A stretch of 64,000 bases of DNA, taken from the IMG/VR virus record IMGVR_UViG_3300035422_000155. The stretch is one strand, 5' to 3'. The stretch comes from an uncultured virus (IMG/VR IMGVR_UViG_3300035422_000155). Its lineage: Duplodnaviria; Heunggongvirae; Uroviricota; Caudoviricetes. Under the pieces are notes generated by a model that ran no database searches, was not told where the DNA came from, and was given only the letters and a program-made list of their open reading frames with translations. Made by a program: the position numbers and the translations under genes. Shown here in pieces: positions 47,501 through 56,812 of the stretch; the first letter of the stretch is position 1, and each line of letters begins with the position of its first letter.

Positions 47501-48840
47501 TATATTCTGAGCCTGGTATGCACGGAAATGATGCATTGCTGGATATTGCTTCTATGCACCCGCATAGTGCGATTGCAGAAGTTCTGTTCGGCGTGAAGTT
47601 TACAACAGCGTTCCGTGACATTGTCGAGGGTCGTGTCAGCATCAAGCATGAAGCTTGGGAGATTGTGAACAAGATGCTGGATGGCAAGCTTACACCTTAT
47701 ATTCAGAAGGTGATCGATGGTGAGATGACATCTAAGCAGCTTGCTGATGCTCTGAAGACCGCGATCAATTCGGTTTATGGTTTGACTTCGGCATCGTTCG
47801 AGAATGCGTTCCGTGATCCGAGAAACATTGACAATATCGTGGCTAAGCGTGGGGCTTTGTTCATGGTGGATCTGAAGCATGAGGTACAGAAACGTGGATA
47901 CACGGTTGCCCACATCAAGACCGACTCCATCAAGATTCCTGATGCGACGCCGGAGATTATCCAGTTTGTTATGGATTTCGGCAAGAGATACGGCTACACA
48001 TTTGAGCATGAGGCTACATACGACAGAATGTGTCTGGTGAATGACGCTGTTTATATTGCCAGATACAAGGATGGGGATGGTCTCGGAAAATGGACGGCAA
48101 CAGGAACTCAGTTCCAGGTTCCGTATGTCTTCAAAACTTTGTTTAGCAAAGAAGAGATTCTCTTTGAGGATATGGCGGAAACGAAAGAGGTTAAGACAGC
48201 AATATATTTGGATATGAACGAGGGATTGCCGGATGTATCTGAATTTGAAAAGCAGTTCGCCAAGGCGGAAAGCGATTACAAGAAAGGATTGCTGTCGGAT
48301 ACAACTTTCGAGAAGATATGCGCGGAGCTTCAGCCGGAAATCGATAAGGGGCATAACTATCGCTTCATCGGAAAAGTTGGACGCTTCTGCCCGGTTAAAT
48401 CGGGTACTGGTGGCGGTGTGCTTCTCAGAGAGCAGAACGGTAAGTATTATGCAGTAACGGGATCATCCGGGTATCGCTGGCTCGAATCTGAAATGGTCCG
48501 TGAGCTGAATAAGGAAGATGACATCGACCGGTCTTATTACGACAAGTTGGTAGACGATGCTATTAAGACTATCTCGGAGTATGGAGATTTCGAGTGGTTT
48601 GTGTCGGATGATCCGTATGTTAAGGAGCTTGGAGCAAACGACGCAGATACTGATATTCCTGAGCCGTGGCTGCCGCCGTGTGGCGATATGAAATATGCTA
48701 CGTGTTTTGATTGTCCGAAGTTCCATGATGACAAGTTCCACATGGATTGTGACCTTGGGTATGATATTTCCGAAATTGTCGCTAAGCGTGAATTCATGAA
48801 TCAGCCTGAAGATGATGAGGAAGGTCTACCCTTCAACTAA
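44518..48840 (+). CDS. Fused SF3 helicase / primase-polymerase / 3'-5' exonuclease / family-B-like DNA polymerase
   Basis: GAAGTGKST and MGTN; VIDFD..SKS.AGIHLHY; YDVE, FN..YD, YC.ND; DIASMHP, KTAINSVYG, KTDS. Confidence 0.85.
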   Translation: MIDFLTISTRSKKRGVIEIYPKFIIKKSGDLMIRGGDFYAIWIEERGLWSTDEQDALQLIDRELDRYAEENRQRFDSDIIKVLHMWDAESGMIDSWHKYCQKQLRDSFHMLDEKLIFSNTPTNKKDYASKKLNYPLEAGDLSAYDKLMSVLYSEEERRKIEWAIGSVVSGDSKKLQKFMVLYGAAGTGKSTVLNIIQQLFEGYYSVFDAKALGSASNSFALEAFKSNPLVAIQHDGDLSRIEDNTRLNSLVSHELMTVNEKFKSTYANRFKCFLFMGTNKPVKITDAKSGLIRRLIDVSPSGNKLSPKEYKTIVKQVGFELGAIAYHCQEIYLSDPGMFDDYIPISMLGASNDFYNYIIDSYHVFKREDGTTLKAAWEMYKTYCDEAKVLYSLPQRAFKEELKNYFRNYDERFNMDDGSRVRSYYSGFRADKFEPEKNPGGENGKTKPNSWLSFHSAKECTNIFDEQCGECPAQYASSKETPSKKWDDCKDLLSGLDTSRLHYVKVPENHIVIDFDIPDKDGNKSFEKNLEAASKWPPTYAELSKSEAGIHLHYIYTGDPTMLSRIYDEHIEVKVFSGKSSLRRKLSKCNDLPIATISSGLPMKGENKMVNFEAIKSEKGLRTLIKRNLEKEIHPGTKPSIDFIYKILEDAYASDLNYDVTDMRNAVLAFAASSTHQADYCIKLVNKMQFKSADASTGVKNDEAKLIFYDVEVFPNLFLVNWKIEGEGKPVVRMINPTPTEIEELMRFRLVGFNCRRYDNHILYARLMGYTNEQLYNLSQKIVGAKKGANRDCFFGEAYNVSYTDVYDFASAGNKKSLKKLEIEMGNISVKELEKKGFSEEEIRIIKAGTHHQELGLPWDEPVPEELWTKVAEYCDNDVIATEAAFVYLKADWTARQILADLADMTVNDTTNTLTTRIIFGNERKPQDQFHYRNLAEPVYNIDAETYNFLAEACPEMMHQTHGEAGSLLPYFPGYTFENGKSVYRGEEVGEGGYVYSEPGMHGNDALLDIASMHPHSAIAEVLFGVKFTTAFRDIVEGRVSIKHEAWEIVNKMLDGKLTPYIQKVIDGEMTSKQLADALKTAINSVYGLTSASFENAFRDPRNIDNIVAKRGALFMVDLKHEVQKRGYTVAHIKTDSIKIPDATPEIIQFVMDFGKRYGYTFEHEATYDRMCLVNDAVYIARYKDGDGLGKWTATGTQFQVPYVFKTLFSKEEILFEDMAETKEVKTAIYLDMNEGLPDVSEFEKQFAKAESDYKKGLLSDTTFEKICAELQPEIDKGHNYRFIGKVGRFCPVKSGTGGGVLLREQNGKYYAVTGSSGYRWLESEMVRELNKEDDIDRSYYDKLVDDAIKTISEYGDFEWFVSDDPYVKELGANDADTDIPEPWLPPCGDMKYATCFDCPKFHDDKFHMDCDLGYDISEIVAKREFMNQPEDDEEGLPFN

Positions 48841-48867
48841 ATAAAAATAGAAAAGGAGAACGAAAAA

Positions 48868-49353
48868 ATGACTAACAGAGTAAATGACAATATCATCATG
48901 GAGAATGCAAGAATTATATTCAGGAACTTCTCTGGTAAAGAATCCAAGTATAACCGTAAAGGCAGCCGGAACTTCTGCGTCATCATCGATGACGTGGATC
49001 TGGCAAAGAAACTCGGCGATGAAGGCTGGAATATCCGCATCCTGGAAGCCCGTGAAGAAGGCGATGAGCCGAAGTATTATCTTCAGGTGCAGGTGAGCTA
49101 CGAGAACATCCCGCCCAAGGTATATATGGTTACGAGGAAGACCAAGACCCTGCTGGATGATGAGTCGATCGATTCCCTGGACTATGCGGAGATTCGCAAT
49201 GTTGATCTGACTATCAGACCGTATAACTGGACCGTCCAGGACAAAACCGGTGTTAAGGCATATTTGAAGACTATGTATGTGACTATTGAGGAGGACGAGT
49301 TTGCGGAGAAGTACGATTCCATGGAAGGGCCGGATGAAATCCCGTTCAACTGA
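48868..49353 (+). CDS. Putative single-stranded DNA-binding protein
   Basis: Directly follows the polymerase; beta-rich with acidic C-terminal tail ending DEIPFN. Confidence 0.6.
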   Translation: MTNRVNDNIIMENARIIFRNFSGKESKYNRKGSRNFCVIIDDVDLAKKLGDEGWNIRILEAREEGDEPKYYLQVQVSYENIPPKVYMVTRKTKTLLDDESIDSLDYAEIRNVDLTIRPYNWTVQDKTGVKAYLKTMYVTIEEDEFAEKYDSMEGPDEIPFN

Positions 49354-49361
49354 TTTATATT

Positions 49362-49397
49362 TGAGGGCCACTGTCTGAATTGGCGGTGGCTCTTTTT
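49362..49397 (+). terminator. Intrinsic terminator after the SSB-like gene
   Basis: GAGGGCCACTG..CGGTGGCTCT followed by a T-run. Confidence 0.6.
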
Positions 49398-49412
49398 GCG
49401 AAAGGAGAAACT

Positions 49413-50408
49413 ATGCCATTTTGGAAGAAAAAGAAGTCGAAGCAGCAGAAGTCCACAGCCAAAAAGAAACCTACTGTTGCTCCGGTGAAACCGCTTCCTA
49501 AAACAGAAGTAAAACAGAGACCTTCTTCTCTGCCGCCCAAGTACGAACCACCGAAGATTCCGGATTATATTTTGGGAAAAGAAGATGCGTTGAAGACAGC
49601 TATTAACTCAGCTTACGGTTATAAGCCTAAAAAGAAGACAACATCTCAGGAGCCACAGCAGAAGAAATTGGATGCGAGAAAGGAATTTCTAAGGGCGTTC
49701 GGACGGCTGACCACCCGTCATCGCGCATGGGATGTATGGAGAGATTTTGTGGTGATGTTTGCCTGTTCTCTGTCCAATCCGGTTGACAAGAGCCACTACG
49801 ATGAGAGGGAGAAAAGATATTTGAAAATCATCAATAAGTACAGCAAAGAGGAACAACAACTGTTTCCTGAACTTGCCGCTCATACAGTCATGGCTTTGGA
49901 AGAAAATCCGGAGCAAGACTTCCTGGGCGGTATTTTTATGGAATTGAATCTTGGCAACGGCAAAAACGGACAGTTCTTTACTCCGTATCATATTTGCAAT
50001 CTCATGGCTAAGATAGCTGTCGATGATGTTTCAAAAGAAATTGATGAGAAAGGGTATGTTACAATCCACGATCCGTGTTGCGGAGCAGGAGCAACATTGA
50101 TTGCCGGAGTCCATGAAGTCAGACGGCAGTTGGAGAAGAAAAACCTTAATTATCAGAACCATGTACTTGTGGTGGCGCAGGATATTGATGAAGTTGTTGC
50201 ATTGATGTGTTATATTCATCTCTCGCTTCTTGGTGTAGCCGCATACATCAAGGTTGGTGACGTGTTTTGCAATCCAATTAAAGAGGGTGACTCGACTGAG
50301 AACTACTGGTTTACCATGATGTACTTTTCAGATGTTTGGCAGACCAGACGGATAGTTCACAGAATGAATGATATTTTGAAAGGAGAAAGTAACGATGATA
50401 AACATTAA
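49413..50408 (+). CDS. N-6 DNA methyltransferase-like protein lacking an NPPY/F motif
   Basis: GQFFTP, DPCCGAG, AQDID; no NPPY/F seen. Confidence 0.65.
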   Translation: MPFWKKKKSKQQKSTAKKKPTVAPVKPLPKTEVKQRPSSLPPKYEPPKIPDYILGKEDALKTAINSAYGYKPKKKTTSQEPQQKKLDARKEFLRAFGRLTTRHRAWDVWRDFVVMFACSLSNPVDKSHYDEREKRYLKIINKYSKEEQQLFPELAAHTVMALEENPEQDFLGGIFMELNLGNGKNGQFFTPYHICNLMAKIAVDDVSKEIDEKGYVTIHDPCCGAGATLIAGVHEVRRQLEKKNLNYQNHVLVVAQDIDEVVALMCYIHLSLLGVAAYIKVGDVFCNPIKEGDSTENYWFTMMYFSDVWQTRRIVHRMNDILKGESNDDKH

Positions 50409-50976
50409 AGGATTAAGTAAAGCAAAGGTGCTTGCTGCGTTATACAATGCTTCAAAACCGTTAGGGTTGGGGATTCTTCAATATGACCCCCAAAATATGT
50501 CAGAGAAAGAGGCCGCGGAACTCTTAGAAGAACAGTCTTACTTTGACTACCTGAAAGGGCGAGTCATGAAAGTGGATCTTTCGTCTGACGAAGAATTTGA
50601 TGAGTGGTTATATGACCGTGATAACGGTATTGGGGCCGCAAAAGAAGCCATAAATGGTATTTTGAAAGAAGAGGTTATCGTAACAAAGAAAACACCTAAG
50701 TTTGAACTCGGTCGAGTTGTTGTGACGCTTGGTGTTGATACGAAAATGAAAAAGGACTCATCATTTGCAGCCTTTGTTCAGCTTTCGCTCGGAAGGTATT
50801 GTCAATGCGACTGGGGCGATACCTGCGATGAGGATAAACAGACAGCCAACGAGGCTTTAAAAGATGGAGAGCGGATTCTCGCGGTTTACAAACATAAGGA
50901 GTCCGGTACTAAGATTTGGATTATTACGGAATGGGACAGGAGTGCTACAACTATTCTGTTCCCCGATGAATATTGA
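50395..50976 (+). CDS. Two-domain phage hypothetical protein
   Basis: N-half VLAALYN..YFDY..GR; C-half GRVVVT..DWGD..WIITEWDRS.TT.L.P.EY. Confidence 0.65.
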   Translation: MINIKGLSKAKVLAALYNASKPLGLGILQYDPQNMSEKEAAELLEEQSYFDYLKGRVMKVDLSSDEEFDEWLYDRDNGIGAAKEAINGILKEEVIVTKKTPKFELGRVVVTLGVDTKMKKDSSFAAFVQLSLGRYCQCDWGDTCDEDKQTANEALKDGERILAVYKHKESGTKIWIITEWDRSATTILFPDEY

Positions 50977-50998
50977 TATTTGAAGGGAGATAGGCGCG

Positions 50999-52234
50999 AT
51001 GGGGCTTGAATTATACGATTACCAAATGAAAGCCGTTAATCAAATGAAAAACGGCTGTGTCCTTTGTGGTGATGTTGGTTCTGGTAAATCGAGGACGGCT
51101 CTTGCTTATTACTTCTTTCTGAACGGCGGAGAACTTCTTGGTGGTGTTGCCGGTGACAACTATATGCCGATGGGAGACCCACCGATGGATTTGTATATCA
51201 TAACAACTGCCCGGAAACGGGACACGAAGGAATGGGAGGGTGAGCTTTCGCCCTTCCTTCTTTCTACGAATCCGGAAGTGAGCCTATACCAGAACACGGT
51301 AATCGTTGATTCATGGAACAACATAAAAAAGTATTCGGAGGTTACGGATACTTTCTTTATATTTGACGAGCAGAGAGTGGTCGGGTCCGGAGCATGGGTA
51401 AAGTCATTCCTGAAGATAGCGAAACACAATCAGTGGATTTTGCTGTCGGCTACTCCGGGGGATACATGGCAGGATTATATTCCTGTTTTCATTGCCAACG
51501 GATTCTACAAGAATCGAACAGAGTTCACCAGAGAGCATATCGTCTACAGCCGTTTCAGTAAGTTTCCAAAAGTGGATCGGTATTTAAACACTGGGAAACT
51601 AATCCGGCACAGGAATGATATTTTGGTAAACATGGATTTCAGACGGACAACCGTTTCACATCATGAGGACATTATTGTTTCATACGACATTGAGACATAT
51701 AAAGACGTGGGACGAACACGTTGGGACCCTTATAAAAATGAGCCGATTCAGAATGCCGGCGGGCTTTGTTATATTTGGCGGAAAATAGTCAATACGGCAG
51801 AATCACGGCAGATTGCCTTGTTGGAGATTATTGAAAAGCATCCACGGGCAATTATATTTTACAACTTCGATTACGAGTTGGAGCTTCTCAAAAATCTTTT
51901 TTGTCCGTTTCAGGAAAGTGATTATGAGATTGCTGAATGGAATGGACATTGTCACCAACCTGTACCGGAATCGGAGCAATGGATCTATCTGGTTCAGTAC
52001 AATGCAGGAGCGGAAGGGTGGAACTGTATCAAGACGGATACGATTATATTTTACTCACAGAACTACTCTTATAAGATTATGAAGCAATCTGCTGGAAGAA
52101 TTGACAGGCTAAACACTCCGTATAAGGACTTATATTATTATCACTTGAAATCTCGTTCAGGAATCGACTTGGCTATCAGCAGAGCTTTAAAGGATAAAAA
52201 AGATTTCAATGAGAGCAGTTATGTGAAGTGGTGA
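50999..52234 (+). CDS. SF2 helicase (SNF2/DEAD-like)
   Basis: VGSGKS, FDEQR, LSATP, EGWN, QSAGRIDR. Confidence 0.85.
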   Translation: MGLELYDYQMKAVNQMKNGCVLCGDVGSGKSRTALAYYFFLNGGELLGGVAGDNYMPMGDPPMDLYIITTARKRDTKEWEGELSPFLLSTNPEVSLYQNTVIVDSWNNIKKYSEVTDTFFIFDEQRVVGSGAWVKSFLKIAKHNQWILLSATPGDTWQDYIPVFIANGFYKNRTEFTREHIVYSRFSKFPKVDRYLNTGKLIRHRNDILVNMDFRRTTVSHHEDIIVSYDIETYKDVGRTRWDPYKNEPIQNAGGLCYIWRKIVNTAESRQIALLEIIEKHPRAIIFYNFDYELELLKNLFCPFQESDYEIAEWNGHCHQPVPESEQWIYLVQYNAGAEGWNCIKTDTIIFYSQNYSYKIMKQSAGRIDRLNTPYKDLYYYHLKSRSGIDLAISRALKDKKDFNESSYVKW

Positions 52235-52278
52235 AACGCAGTATTTACAAGTCCTTTAATGAAAGGAGGTCATTTTAA

Positions 52279-52503
52279 ATGATTAAATCTAAATTTGGAC
52301 CGATAACAAACCCTAAAACAGGTGAAACAAAAGATATTGTTGTAAATGCTTTATCAAAGAGAAGCCTTAGAGACATTTTAATTGGTGGGGGCATTATAAT
52401 GGTAGGTATTACTTACCTTACAATATCCACATTTAAGAATGGAGCGATGGCATTTGAAGAGGCTGAGTACAAAACATTAGAAGAGCTTGATCTGTTTAAG
52501 TGA
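52279..52503 (+). CDS. Small TM protein (isolated cassette gene)
   Basis: Motif at 52236 upstream, exact hairpin at 52548 downstream; AT-rich. Confidence 0.65.
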   Translation: MIKSKFGPITNPKTGETKDIVVNALSKRSLRDILIGGGIIMVGITYLTISTFKNGAMAFEEAEYKTLEELDLFK

Positions 52504-52590
52504 CCAATCGGTGCACAAAAACATTATTTAAAAACCTATAAACGAAGGAGTCCTAACAAGGGCTCTTTCTTCTTGTTTGGGGGGGAACAA

Positions 52591-53338
52591 ATGAGATACC
52601 GAAAATGTGATCGTTGTGGAAAAAGGATTGTATCCGGTGCTGATTTTTATCCCGCAATGATAAAGGGGTATTTGGCAGAAGAGGTTACAGTCAAAAGTAT
52701 TTGGGTGTCAACCACGAAACATCCCAGATGCCAGTTTGAATTATGCGATGGTTGCGGACAAAGCTTTGCTGACTGGTTTAATGAGAAAGGAGAAAAAGAT
52801 GGGACTGAAAAACAAATCTGATACTTTCCTTGTAAGTTTCGACTACACACATGGGGATATTCCGGTGCTGATTATCGGAAGACGAGGAAAGGAAAAAGAG
52901 ATTGATATTATTAACGCTTTTCAGGGAGATGAGGCGAGCGAACTATACAAAAAACTAACAGATAAGAAGGTGAGTGGATGACGTTTGCTAAGTTTTGCGA
53001 GGCGGTTATCGGGCGCCCCCTGTTTGAATGGGAAAAGAAACTTACGGAGTTTTTAGAAGAACATCCAGACGCAAAATTGGTGCATCCGATAGCTCGCGGA
53101 AGTTCTAAAATGCCATATCAAGAACGTTTATCTATATTGTTTGCTTTATATAAAGCTTGCGGAAAGGAGAATCATGAAACAACCGAAAAGATTGACACGG
53201 GAACAGAAGGAATGCTTAACGGCTCACTGTCTTAATTGGAAGGACTGGATGTTTGTTGGGGAAACAGAATTCTGTTACCGCATTATCAACAAGAAAACCG
53301 GCGCTGTTAAAGGTGTTGATAAATTCAGGAGGAGATAA
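52591..53338 (+). other. Four small overlapping phage ORFs (52591-52821, 52799-52981, 52978-53235, 53174-53338)
   Basis: RBS or coupled starts; first has CDRC..CDGC. Confidence 0.55.
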
Positions 53339-53719
53339 ATGAAAATCTATACAAGTTATTTTGCTAACTTGAAAAATATTCCGGTCGGCATTGTTCCAAT
53401 CTCCATATGCCGCAGAGCGCCGAAAGGATATGGTGGGACAGAATACAAATTACTCGCTCCTTCGGGTGCTTTATTGTCGGAATGGCGCAAAAATCATGAT
53501 GAGGCTGAATATAGATTCAAGTTTGCTAAACAGTTGACTTCGTTAGATGCATCAAAAATTGTAGATGTACTGAATTATATATCAGGTGGCCTGGACATTG
53601 TCTTGGTCTGTTATGAAGGCCCGTCAAAGTTTTGTCACCGCCATATTGTTGCGGAATGGCTTAATAAGCATGGGTATGAAGTTACGGAATGGAAAGGAGA
53701 AGAGCATGAAAACAGATGA
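53339..53719 (+). CDS. DUF488-like protein
   Basis: IYTSYF, LAPS, LVCYE..FCHRHIVAEWL. Confidence 0.7.
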   Translation: MKIYTSYFANLKNIPVGIVPISICRRAPKGYGGTEYKLLAPSGALLSEWRKNHDEAEYRFKFAKQLTSLDASKIVDVLNYISGGLDIVLVCYEGPSKFCHRHIVAEWLNKHGYEVTEWKGEEHENR

Positions 53720-53963
53720 AAAAGGAAAGAAGCTCGCCAATGATATTTTGGACTATGTGAACAATTTGGCCTGTGATGAAGAAACTTTCGCAAATACTAT
53801 TTGCCACTCACACAGGACTTTGCAGCAGTCAACGATGAGGCTCTTTATCACAACAATTTGTAAGATGGCCGAGAATGATACGGACGCAAGAAACGAAGCA
53901 GCCGTAGAACTGGCGAAGAAAATAACGGAGATAGCACAAAATCATCCGTTACCGTTGGTTTGA
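53706..53963 (+). CDS. Phage hypothetical protein
   Basis: RBS; HRTLQQS segment. Confidence 0.6.
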   Translation: MKTDEKGKKLANDILDYVNNLACDEETFANTICHSHRTLQQSTMRLFITTICKMAENDTDARNEAAVELAKKITEIAQNHPLPLV

Positions 53964-53994
53964 TATTTCAGCAGGAGAATGAAAGGAGAAAAGA

Positions 53995-54336
53995 ATGGAA
54001 ATCAGAAATGCGCAAATCACATCAACTATGCTCGGCCGGGAAGACCACGGAATCATGACCTTTTTTATATTTGTTAAATGGGGAGGTTCTGTATGTGGAA
54101 TAGGAGGATACTCACTCGACGGATATGATAAAGAATCAAAGTTGAGGGTATTTTCTGTAAAAAGTTTTGAAGCCATATCAAAGATACTCGAAACAGTCGG
54201 TGTGGATAAGTGGGAAGATTTACCCGGAAAGTATATCCGAATCAAAGATAACGGCTGGGGTTCTACGGTTGATGAGATCGGAAACTTGATGGAAGAAAAG
54301 TGGTTTAACATTCGGGAATTCTTTAAGGAGAGCTAA
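53995..54336 (+). CDS. Phage hypothetical protein
   Basis: RBS; 113 aa. Confidence 0.6.
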   Translation: MEIRNAQITSTMLGREDHGIMTFFIFVKWGGSVCGIGGYSLDGYDKESKLRVFSVKSFEAISKILETVGVDKWEDLPGKYIRIKDNGWGSTVDEIGNLMEEKWFNIREFFKES

Positions 54337-54372
54337 CCAAACCAGAAATTTATATTTTGAAAGGAGAAAAGA

Positions 54373-55398
54373 ATGAGTTCTTATATTATTGCAACAGATT
54401 TTGATGGTACGATTTGTGAAAACAAGTACCCGGAGATTGGAGAGCCGAGAAACAAAACCATTTTATATTTGAAGGAGAAGCAGAAAAACGGAGCCAAAAT
54501 CGTCCTGTGGACTTGTCGGGTCGATGAACTCCTTGATGCAGCAGTCAAATGGTGCCGTAACAAGGGCTTGATATTTGATGCGGTGAATGAGAATCTACCG
54601 GAGGTAATTGCTGAGTTCGGCGGTGATACCAGAAAGATATTTGCCAACGAGTATATAGATGATCGGAACGGAAAACTTCCTGATGAATGCGAGTCTGGTA
54701 TGCTTGCCTGGGCGAAAATGGAGATAGAGGCAGCTTGCAAACATGAGCGAGCAGAGGCACCGGAAGAGGAGTTCGACTATGGATGTGCCTGCTATGAATC
54801 TGCTTTAAAGGCGTTTGAAAGTCTCTGTGAAGATGGACATAGCGGTTTCAGTATTGGGCTTACAAAACAAATTCTCAACCGACTGATTGATGGTAAGCCG
54901 CTTTGCCCTATTGAGGATACCGAAGAGACATGGAATTGTGTTTGTAATACGAACGGTCTTCCAGAAGGAAAAACAATTTATCAGTGTAAGCGAATGAGCA
55001 GTCTGTTCAAATATGTCTACGCTGATGGTTCGGTTAAGTACCGCGATAACGACCGGTTTATTATGATCGAAAAAGTAACTGATACGGTTTGGAGTTCGGG
55101 TTTGGTTGACAAGATTCTTGAAGAACTCTATCCGATTACCATGCCTTATATTCCCAGCGATAAGCCCTATAAAGCTGTGTGTGAGGAGTATTTAACAGAC
55201 CGTAAAAATGGCGACTTTGATACTGTCGGGATTTTGAAGGTTGTTGAACCGGACGGCAAGACGGTTGAAATCAACAGATATTTTAAAGATGTTCCGGATG
55301 GATGGGAAGAAATCGACCTTGAAGAATTTAAGAATCGCCGGGCAATGCATTATGAGAGAATAAACAATGAAAAGGAGAAAAATCATGAAAACAATTAA
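54373..55398 (+). CDS. HAD-like phosphatase domain fused to an unknown domain
   Basis: DFDGT, LWTCR, K..A..YIDD; C-terminal GHSGFS domain. Confidence 0.7.
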   Translation: MSSYIIATDFDGTICENKYPEIGEPRNKTILYLKEKQKNGAKIVLWTCRVDELLDAAVKWCRNKGLIFDAVNENLPEVIAEFGGDTRKIFANEYIDDRNGKLPDECESGMLAWAKMEIEAACKHERAEAPEEEFDYGCACYESALKAFESLCEDGHSGFSIGLTKQILNRLIDGKPLCPIEDTEETWNCVCNTNGLPEGKTIYQCKRMSSLFKYVYADGSVKYRDNDRFIMIEKVTDTVWSSGLVDKILEELYPITMPYIPSDKPYKAVCEEYLTDRKNGDFDTVGILKVVEPDGKTVEINRYFKDVPDGWEEIDLEEFKNRRAMHYERINNEKEKNHENN

Positions 55399-55942
55399 AG
55401 AAAACTGGAAAGTAGCGTTGATCGTAGCAGCCGGAGTTGTGGCTGTTATTTTATTGTGTGTATTTGGAGTGCAAAGTGCTCAGAACAAGGCGTTTGCGTT
55501 GGAAGAACAGGTAAACACTGCCCAGTCCGACATCAAGGTGCAGGAAAAACGCAGAGTTGATTTGGTGTATAACCTTGCTGATTGTGTCATGCAATACGAT
55601 AAGCATGAGGCGGAAACATTAACTGCGATCGTGGAAGGCCGTGGCTCTACCGGCGATATTGAAAATGTTACAACCGCAATAACGGCTGTGTCAGAAGCGT
55701 ATCCGGAGTTGAAGTCTAACGAGAACTATAAAGAGCTGATGAATGAGCTGTCTATTACTGAAAACCTGATTGCCGAGTATCGCAGCAACTATAACAAACA
55801 AATAAAAGAATATAACCGTTATGTGAAAAAATTCCCGACAAGGATATTTTTGAATATGCTTGGATACGAGAGACAGAACTATCCGTATCTGGACTATGAG
55901 GCTCCGGTTGATGCTCCGCAGAATTTATTCAGGGAGGATTGA
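55385..55942 (+). CDS. LemA family protein
   Basis: N-terminal TM; RR.DL..NL, EAYPELKSN, YN..I..YN..FP. Confidence 0.85.
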   Translation: MKTIKENWKVALIVAAGVVAVILLCVFGVQSAQNKAFALEEQVNTAQSDIKVQEKRRVDLVYNLADCVMQYDKHEAETLTAIVEGRGSTGDIENVTTAITAVSEAYPELKSNENYKELMNELSITENLIAEYRSNYNKQIKEYNRYVKKFPTRIFLNMLGYERQNYPYLDYEAPVDAPQNLFRED

Positions 55943-55945
55943 TGC

Positions 55946-56716
55946 ATGGGATATTACAGGCATAGAAAAAGAGGATTTGATTTCGGAGATTTTGAAATAA
56001 CGAAACGTGAAATCCTCGCAAGCATATCCATTATTGCTATTATGCTGCTTATTGGTGTTCTGATTGCTGGCAAAATATCGGAGCATGAGTTAGATCAGAA
56101 TGAGAAGTATAACAAAGCAATAAAAATTGACACGCAGGAGCTTTTTGAGTATGGTATGCGAACCAATGTCGGTAATGCGTTTGTCTACGGTGATTTAAAA
56201 GCCGTAGACACCGTTACCTATCCGGAACTCGACGATTCGTATATGTATGTGGAAAAAATAAAAGAGCGATATACAAAACATACTCGACAGGTTGCACATA
56301 CCAGAACGGTCAACGGAAAATCTCAAACATATTATACAACCGAAACATATTGGACGTGGGACAGAGTCGGCAGTGAGGAACAAATCTGTAAAGAGATTTC
56401 ATTTCTGGGGCATGTTTTTTCATCTGATACGATAGATCTTCCCGGAACAGAGTATATTGACACAATAAAGGAATCAAGCCATGTAAGATACAAATATTAC
56501 GGCGTTGGTTTGGAATTTACTGGGACTATTTTTACAGAATTGAAAAACGGAACCATACCAAGCAATACTCCGTTCTATGAAAATAAATCAATAGAAGAAA
56601 CTGTTGAGCATCTGGAATCTGGGTCATCTGTAGCAATCTTCTGGATATTTTGGATTGTTTTAACCGGGTTCTGCGTTTATGGTTTCTATTATATCGATAA
56701 TGAATGGCTGGAATGA
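55946..56716 (+). CDS. Two-TM membrane protein
   Basis: TM segments at both ends; follows lemA-like gene. Confidence 0.7.
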   Translation: MGYYRHRKRGFDFGDFEITKREILASISIIAIMLLIGVLIAGKISEHELDQNEKYNKAIKIDTQELFEYGMRTNVGNAFVYGDLKAVDTVTYPELDDSYMYVEKIKERYTKHTRQVAHTRTVNGKSQTYYTTETYWTWDRVGSEEQICKEISFLGHVFSSDTIDLPGTEYIDTIKESSHVRYKYYGVGLEFTGTIFTELKNGTIPSNTPFYENKSIEETVEHLESGSSVAIFWIFWIVLTGFCVYGFYYIDNEWLE

Positions 56717-56812
56717 TTAAAAACGGGAGAGGGTCGAGTAATAATGAGGGCGACCACAAGATGGATATAGTAGTTGCATAAGGGATGAGTCCATCATAAG
56801 AAAGGAGAAAAA

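Noticed and set aside
56720..56800. Two short stems in an intergenic gap
   Set aside because: Only 5-6 bp stems; chance level
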